A stretch of DNA of 37,419 nt from NCBI GenBank assembly GCA_003614675.1, contig ML002367.1, positions 1 to 37,419 on the forward strand, written 5' to 3'. Under the pieces are notes generated by a model. It was not told where the DNA came from and did not search any database. It saw only the letters and a list, made by a program, of their open reading frames with translations. Within the stretch, counting starts at the first letter, position 1. Every line of letters begins with the position of its first letter. The translations under genes were made by a program, and so were the position numbers. Of this stretch, positions 12,082 to 23,322 are shown piece after piece. This DNA comes from Dimargaris cristalligena (taxonomy: Eukaryota).

Positions 12082-13055
12082 TAGATTGATAGGGTTGTTG
12101 CTACACCACCACTACACACACCACTAGAAAGCGCAGCTGCCGTGGGATGTGGGTGCTTGGAAAAAACAACCCCAAACCCAAGCCCAAGCTATGGCTATAG
12201 CCATATCAAGCTCTACAATATCCAAGGCTGTTTTGCCCTCGTCCTATACGCAGCCTGATCCCTTAATAAAGTAGAAGGCCTGTCCAAGACAAGAATATAA
12301 GAGCGTTCCAGCTATTCACTCCACCCCGTGGTATTTCGTCTTTCAGGCGACCAGCGGCGATATACTCAAGGGAAGGAAAAACGGCGTCGAAGGAGCCCCA
12401 TATTAATGATTGGGCTGTGTTGGGGGCGATAATTAATGCAAGGCGTATTCCCCCCCATGAGTGAGATGCAGCTGGTGGGTAAAAACCAAACTTCCACATT
12501 AGCACCTGGTTATTCTTTAATGTTCCTCCAAAATCTTATATAAAGCAGGATTATCCAACGTCCCAGCCCGTGCGCTCTCTATCTCTCGTGGGCTTGCGCG
12601 TTTATCCTCAGGGCTGGGTTTGGATACAGCGTTACCATTAAAATGACCCCTACTTCTCCCCCATGCCTCCAGGCACTCCACCTCCTTGGCCTTTAGCAAT
12701 ATTTGGGTGGAAAGGTCAGGGTCGATGAACCCGCAAATCGTGGCAAAAATATACTAAAACCGGTCATTCTGAATCTGTGCGCTGTTAAATTTAATCAATC
12801 AACTGAAAATGGAGAAAATTACAAAAGCAAAGCTAAGAGGGATTTATTCGGAATTTAAAGGTAATGGGCATTATATATCAAAGACGTTAGGGCTTATAAA
12901 TAATTAGAAAATAAAATAAAAATGCTAATGGAATGATAGGGATTAAACATGAGTCATATCAATAGTGGGGGGGAGGGCGCATATATAGTAGCTTGTAAAA
13001 ATAATGGTTGAGGTTCTTTCCGTTAAGGATAATTGGGCGGGGGAAGGTCAAGCAC

Positions 13056-16000
13056 TCACCGGCGGGGCAGTCGCGAGCTCACCTTGTTGGTTGAATTGAT
13101 GAGCGGCGACTTGGGCAGGGGAATCTTGGCCGCCGTAGTGATAGATACGGTACCGCCGTTCTGTACTGTCGTTCGACCATACATGGGTGGCGGCATGGTC
13201 CGATCACCACTGTTACCGCCACTGGTGCCGAGACGGGAGGCCGACCGGAGTCGAGTATGCTTGGGACCGGAGTAAGTCGATGCGTGGTTAGAGTGCGTCA
13301 GATGGCTTCCACTGGTGTGACTATCGAAATCACTGCTGGTGTCGGACATCGCCCCGGTCGAAGGGAAGGTGGGGTCCAATTTGGGCAAACTGGTCGAATG
13401 GGAAATTGTAGCGTACGATACAATACGCTTGGATTTCGAGTTGCCACGGTAGGTAATGTCAGCCGAGCGCGCACTCATGGAACTGGCACAGCGAGGCATG
13501 AGAGGGCTCACCGAACTACGTGGGTTTCCGAGAGTCGACGTATCGTCGTCATGATCGTGGTCGCGGTCGTGATCAGGGCTTACCACGGGTGTGCGGTTGG
13601 TGTCGGCATCATCATCCTCATCCTCCGCCGACCCATCCACGGACATTTTCTCGGATAACGGCGAAATAGTACGAGAGAGGCACAGCGGGGACACTCTTGG
13701 ACTACCGGATGAATCCGTCAACAAGCGAATCATATCCTGGGCCGTCATGCTAATAGGCCGTTCGAGTCCCTGTTGTTCATAGTACTCCTGTAGCAACTTA
13801 TCAGCATCGGAGGTACGGCGCCAGCTTTGGGTGTAAGAGATTCGGCGCTTCTTGGGCGTTTGGCCGGTTCGCTTGAGCTCCTGGATATCCTGGGTCGCCA
13901 ATCGATGCGAATTTTCCGCTATAGTAGTAATCTTTCCGCTGGCATTGACTGCAAACCCTTCAAAGGCATTATCCAGGCTGCTGGTTGTTTCCTGCACGAA
14001 TAGGTCCTTTTCCTTGATGGCAGTCGCGACTTGATCCATTTGGGTCGCGGCGGCTTCTTGAGTGCACTGGGCAGCTTGACGGACCTGCTGACCTAGTTCA
14101 ATTATTTGGCCCCGTAGGTTTACTCCAGCCTGGCCAACCGAGAGGTGGGCCTCTGTGACCTGGTGTAGGGACGAAGGTAACGCTGTCACGTAGGCATTGA
14201 ATGGTTCGGCTATAGTGGTTTGAATACTGTCGCGGTGGTGGGCAAGGGTCTGCTGGACTGTCTCGACAGCCTGGTCCGTCAGGGTAGTAATACCAGTCTT
14301 GAATTGGCCGTGATCATTCAGGGCTTGGTCCCCCAGGGTAGCCACTGCGGCGACCAGCACCGCCACTTGGCCCTGGTGGGTTTGACCAAAGGCATGCAGA
14401 CCAGTTCGGTGGGTGTGTTCTTGGGACTGTAGTGACTCCCATTGCTCATCCAGCTGCTGGCGGCGGGCATGGTTGGCCTGCATCTTGGACATGAATTCGG
14501 CCAGTAGCTTGCCCTCCTCAAGCTGGTAGGCCTGGTAGTCACCATGTAGCACCCGGATTTCGTCCGCCAGCTGCTGACTAGTCGCGACTGACGACGTGAG
14601 CGCCTCGGAAGTGGTTATGGTAAGTTGGTCGAGTCCTTGCCGTTGATCAGTAACCGCCTGCTGAATTCGGCTCAGCGAGCGTTCCGCCTGGTCGACAAGC
14701 GTGCGCGATTGCTCCAGGAAACGAGTGTGGAATGACTGCAGTTGGGTGGACAGGGCCGTTTGCGTCATATCCAACCCACTGGTAACCGTTTCGTGGGTGC
14801 TTTCCAAGGTAGCTTGAATCGCCTCCACGGTGGCCTGGCTCGCTCGCTCGTGCGTACGCAAATGCTCCAAGTGTTGGTCAACGTAGCCCTCGGCGTCACG
14901 GCTGTGACCTGAAATAACCTCCATGTGGGCCCGCAGCTCATCGAGATGGGTCCGCAATTTACTCTTCTCGTGCTCGGAAGTTTGGCGCAGTTCCTCTACG
15001 AACCGGGCGATGAATTCCTGCTGCAGGCCCTTGTAGGTGGAGATCTCCTGGTTCAGGTATTCGGTGCATTCTTTCTGGTGGGATTCGAAAGTGGCTAGGT
15101 GGGCCAAGTTGGCATTATCATTGTTATGGTGCCGCTCCACTTTGTCATGCAGCAGCCCTAACTCTTGGGCTACGTCCTTGATGGTCAGCAAAAGCCCCGA
15201 GGCCACGTCGTCCAGGTCGGACTCGGTGGTGGCGTGAGCTTCCGTTAGCAGTACTTGTTCGGTCAGGGATATGCGCGCCCGTTCGAGGTTAACCATGGCT
15301 GTCGTCAGGTTTTCGTTGGCGTTGCGGAGGCTCGTTCGCGTCTCACCTAACTCGACTTTGGTACCATTCAACTCGGCCATCAACTGTTTGTTTCGGTCCA
15401 AAATGTTGGCCTGGGATGCTTCAGCCCTCTCGAGTTTCAGTCTGATATCCGAGATCAGGTCCTTGTGACTCTGGTTTTCTTCCAAAATCTCTTGGTAGCT
15501 CTCACCGGACAAGTACACGCCATTCCTATCACGCGACGCCTATCGAAATCAAAAAGGAAGGAAGTTGACCACGGCCAATCCATCAATAACCCAGGTCGGG
15601 TCAAAGGGAATAATAGATTGAAAAATTAATTAAATTTGGGTTAGCAAGGCACCCTGTCAACAAACTCTGTAGGTTTCAAAGACTACCATGTCATTTGGCT
15701 TCGTCAAACAAATACAGACAAATTAGTATTCGGATTATACCCTGAACTCCCACTTACCTGCATATCACGTCTTAACCTTTCGATTTCCAGGGCCTGGCTC
15801 TTTACAAGGGTGTTATTGGTTATCTTCTGGTTCACCTCGGGCTTATTCTTGATATTCTTGGCCCGGCTGGCGTAGACTAGGGTACTTAGGGTTTCCTCCT
15901 GATCGGCTTTAGTCGGGGCGATGGTGGCGATAATGCTGGTTTTAGTATTGCCCCCTAGGGAGTCCTGGAGAAGCCGGGTTAGATTACTATCCCGGTAGGA

Positions 16001-17497
16001 GATGTAACTCGCGTGTTCCTCTAGCTGTTGAATAACCCGGCCCAGAGTGAGAAGACTGGTATTGATCTTGCCGGCCTCACGCGCCCGTTTATTCTCAGCG
16101 CCGGATCGGCCGATATTTTCGGACCCCGCCAAATCGACGAGGTTTAATTTGCCGAGTTTGAACACATCCTCGCCGTCGATGGTTGACTCCTTAACACTTA
16201 GAAATATCGAAAATATGGCATGGGAGCGGCTGAGGGGAAGATAAAACGCGGGTAAAAAATAAGGATATTGATGGACGTGATTACAAAAGGGTTAATAGAG
16301 GGCTAAAATGCAGCTCATACATAGCCGGTGTGCATAATCGGGTCTGGAGTCTCTGCAGTGGAGGTGCTAATGATATGGGAAATCCACCCATATGACTATA
16401 TCACAGGCCAGGTTGGAGACAGTGGGCTACATTAAAGAAGTGCATGTAAATGGTACACAGCGGGACAAGTGCTCAATGGGAAATACTTACCTAGATTTCT
16501 CATTGCACCGAGTAGCAGCCACCCGCCGTCGTTCTGAGCCCTTCTGGAGCATGCTAATGGCGGCCATTGCGCTATTGACGGATACCTCCTTGAGGTCCTG
16601 AACTTGTACGCCCAGCTTCTTATTGGAGTCCCGGCCTCCGTTTTCAAGACTGTGGGCTTGCGCCCCCCGTTTATTGGGGTCTTTACTAGGACCCTCGAAG
16701 ATTTTTAGCTTTTGCTGGGCGTCGTCGCTGAGCAGGTCGCGGAGTTCCTCGTTGTAGAGTTCGATATAGGAAAGACGTACGGTAAAATCGGCGCCGCCCT
16801 GGTCCAGGTAGTCGAAGAGGTAGAAAAGGGTGCGGGGGATAATCCCGGAGTCTTCATTGACCATACCATAGGTACAATCCAGGTCACCCTCCATGGTGTA
16901 AGTCTTACCCGTACCAGTCTGACCGTAGGCAAATAGAGTACAGTTGTAGCCTTTGGTGGTTTCGCCAATCAGTGGTAAAGCAACCTCTTTGAAAAGGTCG
17001 GACTGGTTGGCCTCGGGGCCAAAAACGCGATCATAGATAAAGGAACGACGCTGAGTGAAGTCGGTTGATGGTGCTTTTATGAAGATTTCCCGTTTTGACT
17101 CGGTGGGGATATTCACGACGGTGGGTAGACCCTCCCGCTGCTCGTTGTCATTGCGACCACTGAGTTAGGGGAGCATATGGATATATGTATGTGTAAGTAT
17201 ATGTGTGTGTTCATATAAGATTAGCGAAAGTACAATACTGGTGCAACACTGTAAGACTAATAATAGTTGCGGTTAATAAGTCAGACGCGAGCTGCAGACA
17301 CCGGGGCGATGGTTATTTTACAGAGCCAGGTGACTTGAAACCACCAGTTATGTACCAGCAGCCGGGCAGAGGCTGGGTGCAGCAGTACGCTCCCCCGCCT
17401 TCGGGGTGGGACAAGCGGAATATACGGAAATAACCTACCGGCAGCGGACAATCACCTGAATGTTCGCGTCCTTCTCTGATGAGGAAGGCGGCGGCAT
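13056..17497 (-). CDS. bimC: Kinesin-5 (BimC/Cut7/Eg5 family) mitotic motor, ~1227 aa
   Basis: Exons 17497-17439, 17159-16491, 16229-15758, 15539-13056 join in frame. Motifs [13 protein letters not shown]-loop GQTGTGKT, switch I NEKSSRSH (split by an intron), switch II DLAGSE with NIGRSGA, neck ...[10 protein letters not shown], long coiled coil, BimC box TGQTPKKR (~13845-13868). The exact start and stop are less certain. Confidence 0.93.
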
Positions 17498-18196
17498 TGG
17501 CACTAGTGGGGGTGGGGCTGTTTAAACCCGGGGGAAATGCGAGAGCCGGGTAACAAGGTAGGTAAAAACACACAGGTGAGATAAGAGCGTATACGTATGA
17601 ATGTTGCACGGGGGGTCTATATATGCTACTTCCGGATGGGGGAAATTGAATGGGGACTCAGGGCGACTGGACATGGGTACGCGGCGGCCCTCCGTTGAGC
17701 ACCGGAGGAGCAAAGCAGGGATATACTGACTTACGTTGATCGGGGTAGAGTAGGACTGGGAGTTGAGAAGGCTATAATACAAGAGAGAGAGTGACAACAA
17801 GGGGGGAATAATGCGAATAACTAACGAAGGGACGGGAGATTGACGGGAGAGAGAAAGAGGGAAAGGTCAGGGTTTATAGCCATTATTGCCCACAAGCACA
17901 GGGTTCCCTTTGAACGTGAGCGGGCGTTCGTTGTATGCACAGTCTGATGGACGTGACAATTGCTGTAGCGGTATTTGAATTCTACAGGAAAGTGGGGCAG
18001 TTGTTGTATATACACGATACGATATATCAGGGGAACCGCAGTGGGCCAATAGAATCACCCGCCCATTCACCTATTCCCTAATGGAAATGATATATAGATA
18101 GATAGATAATGCTAATGGTAATGGTGATAATAGGTAAACAACAATAACCAACCTCAAACGCAGGAGGAACCAAATCTCTCCGCCAATACCCTATTC

Positions 18197-18205
18197 TCAC
18201 GTGAC
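18197..18205. promoter_or_regulatory. TCACGTGAC E-box in the kinesin-5/WBP11 divergent promoter region
   Basis: Reverse complement of the GTCACGTGA upstream of MCM6; lies about 10 nt from CTCCGCCAA (E2F-like TTGGCGG on the minus strand). Confidence 0.45.
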
Positions 18206-18517
18206 CCACCTATCTGAAGTTCTGTTCGTCTTGCCTATTCCGGATGGCCTATGTAAGGCCCGCAATCAACCGGCATCAGGAATCCGTTGGAAATACAATC
18301 AAATAAAAGACTTCTTGCATCTTAGATTCTTCTTTAGCATCACGTTGCTAAACGCACTGTAAAGAAACTGCCAGGGTGAAAAATACTGTCCCCAATTGGG
18401 TTATATACTACTCTAGTCGTATTATCCTGGCCATCTTAGTAACCATCCCACTCAAACTAAATTGCCTTTAACCGGATGATCCCCAGAGGCCGCGCAACAT
18501 GCCAATAGGGAAGGTGA

Positions 18518-18561
18518 ATATGGGAGAAATTCAATTGGGCTGAACAATGAAGAGTTCGTTT
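18518..18561 (+). mobile_element. MITE-family left-end fragment
   Basis: ATATGGGAGAAATTCAATTGGGCTGAACAATGAAGAGTTCGTT resembles the family terminus; no clear right end found. Confidence 0.5.
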
Positions 18562-19041
18562 ACAGGGCCCGGATCTACCGGTTAAAAATAGTTCTCATTA
18601 ACCTCCACAATGGCATTAGCGGCCGGGTTGATTTTCTTGCATTATCATAACTTGGCTAATACCTGTGCAACCCTAACCCTTCGGGCGAGAAAACTGCGGA
18701 GTTCACTGAAGATCGCCGATCTAGTGGAAGTGCAAACTACAAATACACCGCTATGGGCTCTAGATATTACCACAGAATTTAATACTAGCCGGCTGTTTCC
18801 AACAGACAAGCCATCCACTAAAATATATAGGCGTAGTGGCATGTCAATATGTAGACCAGCCAACCCCACCCCATTTCGTTAAAATTTTGCTTCTCGTTTC
18901 CACTTAGTCCATGTATCCCATTTTAACATGCCCTTCGTTTTGATATAATTCTTATGTTAGCTATCATTCCCCTGCTTTAGAATTCGTTTATATCCAACTA
19001 CGCGTCACGTAAGACTTCTTTGGTGCATTTCCACATTCACC

Positions 19042-21696
19042 ATGGGTCGAGCTTCCAAATCGGCTAACCCGGTCGACGAAGTCCGTAAGTCTAACTCGTC
19101 CCAAGCCACTGGGCGCGGAAAGAGTTCATGCATAGCTTTCCTACTCCATTACCTCTCTTTTTTTTTAGATTTCGACCCCATCTGCAACCCACCATGGTAC
19201 CCCTTTAACTCATTCGTTGATTATTTTGTGCTAATTCGCGATCTTAACCGGCGGCAAATTCAAATGCGCATGAAACTGGAATCTAGGTCGTAAACAACAC
19301 CAGCGCGAACTCAAAAAAGTACGACATTCCTTATAACTGTAAAAACACTGTTTGTAGAAACTAAACCATACATACCCACACACCACTTTTTAAGGGAATA
19401 TTTAGACGATACGGTAATGTTGAGTTTTCAGCTTCGGCTCAGCGGGGTGTTGCTAAGCTAGCCAGATGATATCATTTCTTGCCTTGCTGGGAAGCGTTCG
19501 AAATCTAATGTAGCCCCCCACACACTAATTATTATCTATATCATATTGGATGATCCGCAATGGCCCTGTCGTGATGAATTAGAATAAGAGCGAACGATCA
19601 AAGGCACGTCAGGATGCGTTACTTTACAAAGATACGAGTAAACTAGAGACCGAAATTCAACGCTACGCAGATTTAGGTAAGCGTCCAGTATTCTACATAT
19701 CCCTCTTTTCACCCACACCCCATTTTCTAACCCCCCCCCCCCCAAAAAAAATGGGAAGAAGTCGGTACATTTGGTTTACATGGTCCTCGATGAGAGGTGG
19801 TGGGGAGAGGGAGGCTTGCCAACCCGAAACCACCAGCATGGGTTCTATGGGTGAAGTAATCAAGTTCAGAAAAGTCTGGGATTGACAAATTATATATCAT
19901 GCTGACGTTATTTCATTATTACTAATTTATCATCTTGTAGAGCGACACGGCCGTTTGGATAAAAACCAGAAACAAAAACTCTCGGATTTGGAGGCCCATC
20001 TTAAGTCAATTCGCGACGCTCAACAGGTAAACAGCATATTACTGGATTGTGTCACAAGCGACTAGTCATTATTGAGAAGTCCAATATCCTTAGAAAAGTA
20101 TTCATGTCTGTATTCACATATATCTCATCTATAATTACTTATTGTACTATCTCATGACAATCGTCAATTCTAGACTCACGGCACTGGCAGGTAGGTTCTA
20201 TATTCTGAATATGACAGGTCATGCTGAATGTTGACCATTCGTTCTTGTAATTCAAGGGTACATTAACCAGGCCCCTATTGCACCCAAACTAAATTTTCTA
20301 CTTGACTACCTAATTTATAAATACCACTTCATATTGCCCCTTTAGCCCCTCGAGCCACCAGGATGGTCACCAGCTACGAGCGGTCGGTTATATCCCAGGG
20401 TATCTTAAAGACCCCCTAGCATCGGCCAACAACGATGCTGCCGGCCAAGACTTTGCTTCGGACTCGGATTCCAACGCCGCTGGCTCCGATGACGAGACAC
20501 CGGCAATTGAAATCGAAAATCTGAAGGATGAGTCAATGGTCCGCCAGCCACAGCCATATCCTGCCTCTGCAAATTCCGGGTACATCGGGCCCATCATGCC
20601 TCCCGGACCGTTTCCCGGCTCGATGGGCCGGCCTCCGTGGCCACGACCGGATGCATTAGGAGGGGGAGGGCCCCATCCCTACCCCTATCCATTCCCACCT
20701 CATTTACCCTTCCGACCTATACCACCACCCCATATGGTTTTTCGGCCGGGTATGCCCTTACCCCCCGGTGGTGGTTTGGGGCGAGGTGGGCCCTTTCCCC
20801 CCATGCCTCCTAACATGGCCCGACCCTGGCCGCCACTGGGAAGAGGGGGAGGTCCGCCCTTCCGGCCCCCTCCCTCATCAGCAGCGGCGGCTAGCCCACC
20901 CATCGGAGGTCATCCACCAACTCGACCACTAGCGGCTAACCCCAGGCAGGCCGAGTCGCGGCCCTCCCGGGGAAAGCCTAGACCACCGGTCGCATCATCC
21001 GCCACCCCCAAGATCGCCTCCAACCCCACCGTGCTGTCGTCAGCCCCCGTAGCCAGCGATTACCAAAAGGACTTGAAAACCCTGGTCCCCCAGTCGGTGC
21101 TTAAACGCCGTCGACTGGAACGTAAAACCCAATCGACGACAGCAATCAGTCACCCTACCATGTCCGAAACGGAACTAAACGCCATCCAAACTGCCCCGGT
21201 TACCATCCGCAGTAGGGCTTCGAACTTCCTTCAAAACACCGAGGCATCTACATCGGCATTGGCATCGCCAGCGGTGGGGACCGATACGAGTACAGTAGGA
21301 ACCCCAGTGCAATTGGCCGCTAACAGGTCCCCTGCCACCGCTACGGGACAATTGCCGTTTAGTGTGAAAGGTTCCACCGTGATGAAAACAACCACAACGA
21401 CCACGACCACGGCCATGCCCACTTTAGCAGCAGGGGGCAAACCCTCGTGGTTGGCGGAACTTCAGCGGCGACAACCTAACGCGCCCGACTGGAAGAAAGC
21501 CAAACCGAATCCACCACCATCATCAACGCCCCCTCCACCACCCCCTCCACCAGCATCCGCTCCATCACCCCCTCCACCGCCGCCAGCTGCCGAGCAGAAT
21601 GAGTCGAGTCCGGCCCATCCGCCCGCAAAACCAACCACCAATATCGCGGATGAGTATGCTAGTTTTATGGCGGAAATCCAGGATTTGATTGATTAG
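19042..21696 (+). CDS. WBP11: WW domain-binding protein 11 (WBP11/Saf1-like splicing factor), ~540 aa
   Basis: Exons 19042-19084, 19287-19318, 19583-19676, 19941-20026, 20174-20190, 20346-21696 join in frame. N-terminus MGRASKSANPVDEVRRKQHQRELKKNKSERSKAR is Wbp11-like; Pro-rich middle; LSSAPV...LVPQSVLKRR; terminal DEYASFMAEIQDLI typical of WBP11. Confidence 0.88.
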
Positions 21697-21908
21697 TTCA
21701 TTATCCTGAATAACGATATTCGGGCGCAGTCGCTTTTCCCAATCCCTTCTAACCCACACATGATTGTATTCGTTACTTCGGGAATCCCTCTATCCCGTTA
21801 CGCCGTTTGAATAAATTGAATATTGGTCCGCATTTACCAACTTCAATATACATATTTCTCTTGAACTATTTAGTGGCATCTGCCGGTATACTTAGTAAAC
21901 CAAGTTGT

Positions 21909-22052
21909 AAATGAGCGAGATTCCACTGGGCTATATATTGAAAAATCCATTGGATGAAGTAAATTCCACTTTTTGAAGGTGAATATCCCGCCTGTTATCC
22001 CATACACATAGCATTTAATACCCTATACAGCGGGTTCGAATTTTGCCCGTAT
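21909..22052 (+). mobile_element. MITE-like element, family copy (subtype B)
   Basis: Core AAAAATCCATTGGATGAAG...TTTTGAAGGTGAATATCCCGCCTGTT...CATTTAA...ATACAGC closely matches 28825-28914; degenerate terminal inverted repeats. Confidence 0.72.
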
Positions 22053-23322
22053 GTTCAGATGAACAGCTAGGATATAATTTGGGGTTTTTTATTTTGGGTA
22101 ATAAATACGAACCTTCCGAAGATCATGGTGTTTAAGAAACGGGGACGAAAATCATAACAAGTCAATTATTGACAATTCATTGTATTACCTATTTGGTATA
22201 CGCTGATGTGCATGAAGTCAACTTATTTCAAAAATGGGACGTGTATATTGCGGGGGGTTTTATTACTATTAGCTTTATTCCATCCTTTTCCTTAACAACG
22301 ACCCATACTACTTCACCGACAGATTGCACCCATTTGGATTAAACTGGCATCCCCCTCATTATATAGCCCCTGGTTGACAGTTGGTTAAAGCCGTCTTATA
22401 TCTACGGTAGCCACCTTTATTGCTACTGTTTAATAATAATATCATTGGTCAAATTCATCGTAGCTTTATAGACCAGCAGATGAATGGCAAACAAATTGCA
22501 TAGCTGGTCAATATGTTTTTAGCCAACAGTTTCCGCTTTATCAAGTGCATTTATCGGTATACCAGCAGACCAAACTTCTCCTATATTTTAGATTCCACAC
22601 ATTCGATAGGTAGAAGGTGTGGTTGATTTTATCAATAATTCTACCTAATTATAATTGCTAAAGGTGAATCTATAATTAATAATAGATATCTGGAAAGCAA
22701 CAAGTCCAACGATTCCGATTAAACGAATAGACCATGGGCGCCGTGAGGGATACTCCCTAATATTAATCGGATTTCTACACCTAGAAAATTTAAGCGAAGG
22801 GTGCTTTAGAGATAACAATAGCCCGGATATCAGAAAAAGTGTGGGCTAACTAGCAATGGGAGGGGGGCGGTATCGAGATATAGCTGATGAACTGGGCAAC
22901 ATTTACTGGCAATACAACGGCTTTATAAAGCCCAGCAGACTGAGGATATATACGCGGGACAAACACAGAGAATTTTGGAGAACTCTTCTATAAAATCAAA
23001 ACTAAAGGAAGTAAATACGGGAGATGAAATAACGAATAGTGCTAGTGAGTAAGTGAATAAGGGGGATGGAAATATTCGATGGGATTAACACGGCTTTGGT
23101 GATGGAGTCCCTAAGTCTTGTGGATAGGACAAGGCCATGGCCACAGCCATAACCCAAGGAAGGGTCGGCTTGGGTGCCTTTGAATATCAGGCGCGACAAT
23201 ATGGTCATGTGTTTGTATCGGGGTTGCCATAAAGAGGCACAGCCTTGGTAGGATATTATACTCCCTTGAAATAACAAGACATGGACGACATGGCGGTCTT
23301 TCTATGGAAGAGTATCGGCCGA

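Noticed and set aside
12926-13059. Kinesin-5 stop TGA overlaps a donor-like GTGAGT, suggesting an extra terminal exon
   Set aside because: It would add only a few residues and cannot be supported without cDNA, so I kept the direct stop.
22030-22050. GGTTCGAAT resembling a tRNA T-loop/B-box
   Set aside because: It lies in the right terminal repeat of a MITE copy, and no cloverleaf can be built. Similar TTCGAGTC motifs near 2266 and 28067-28074 also lack tRNA structure.
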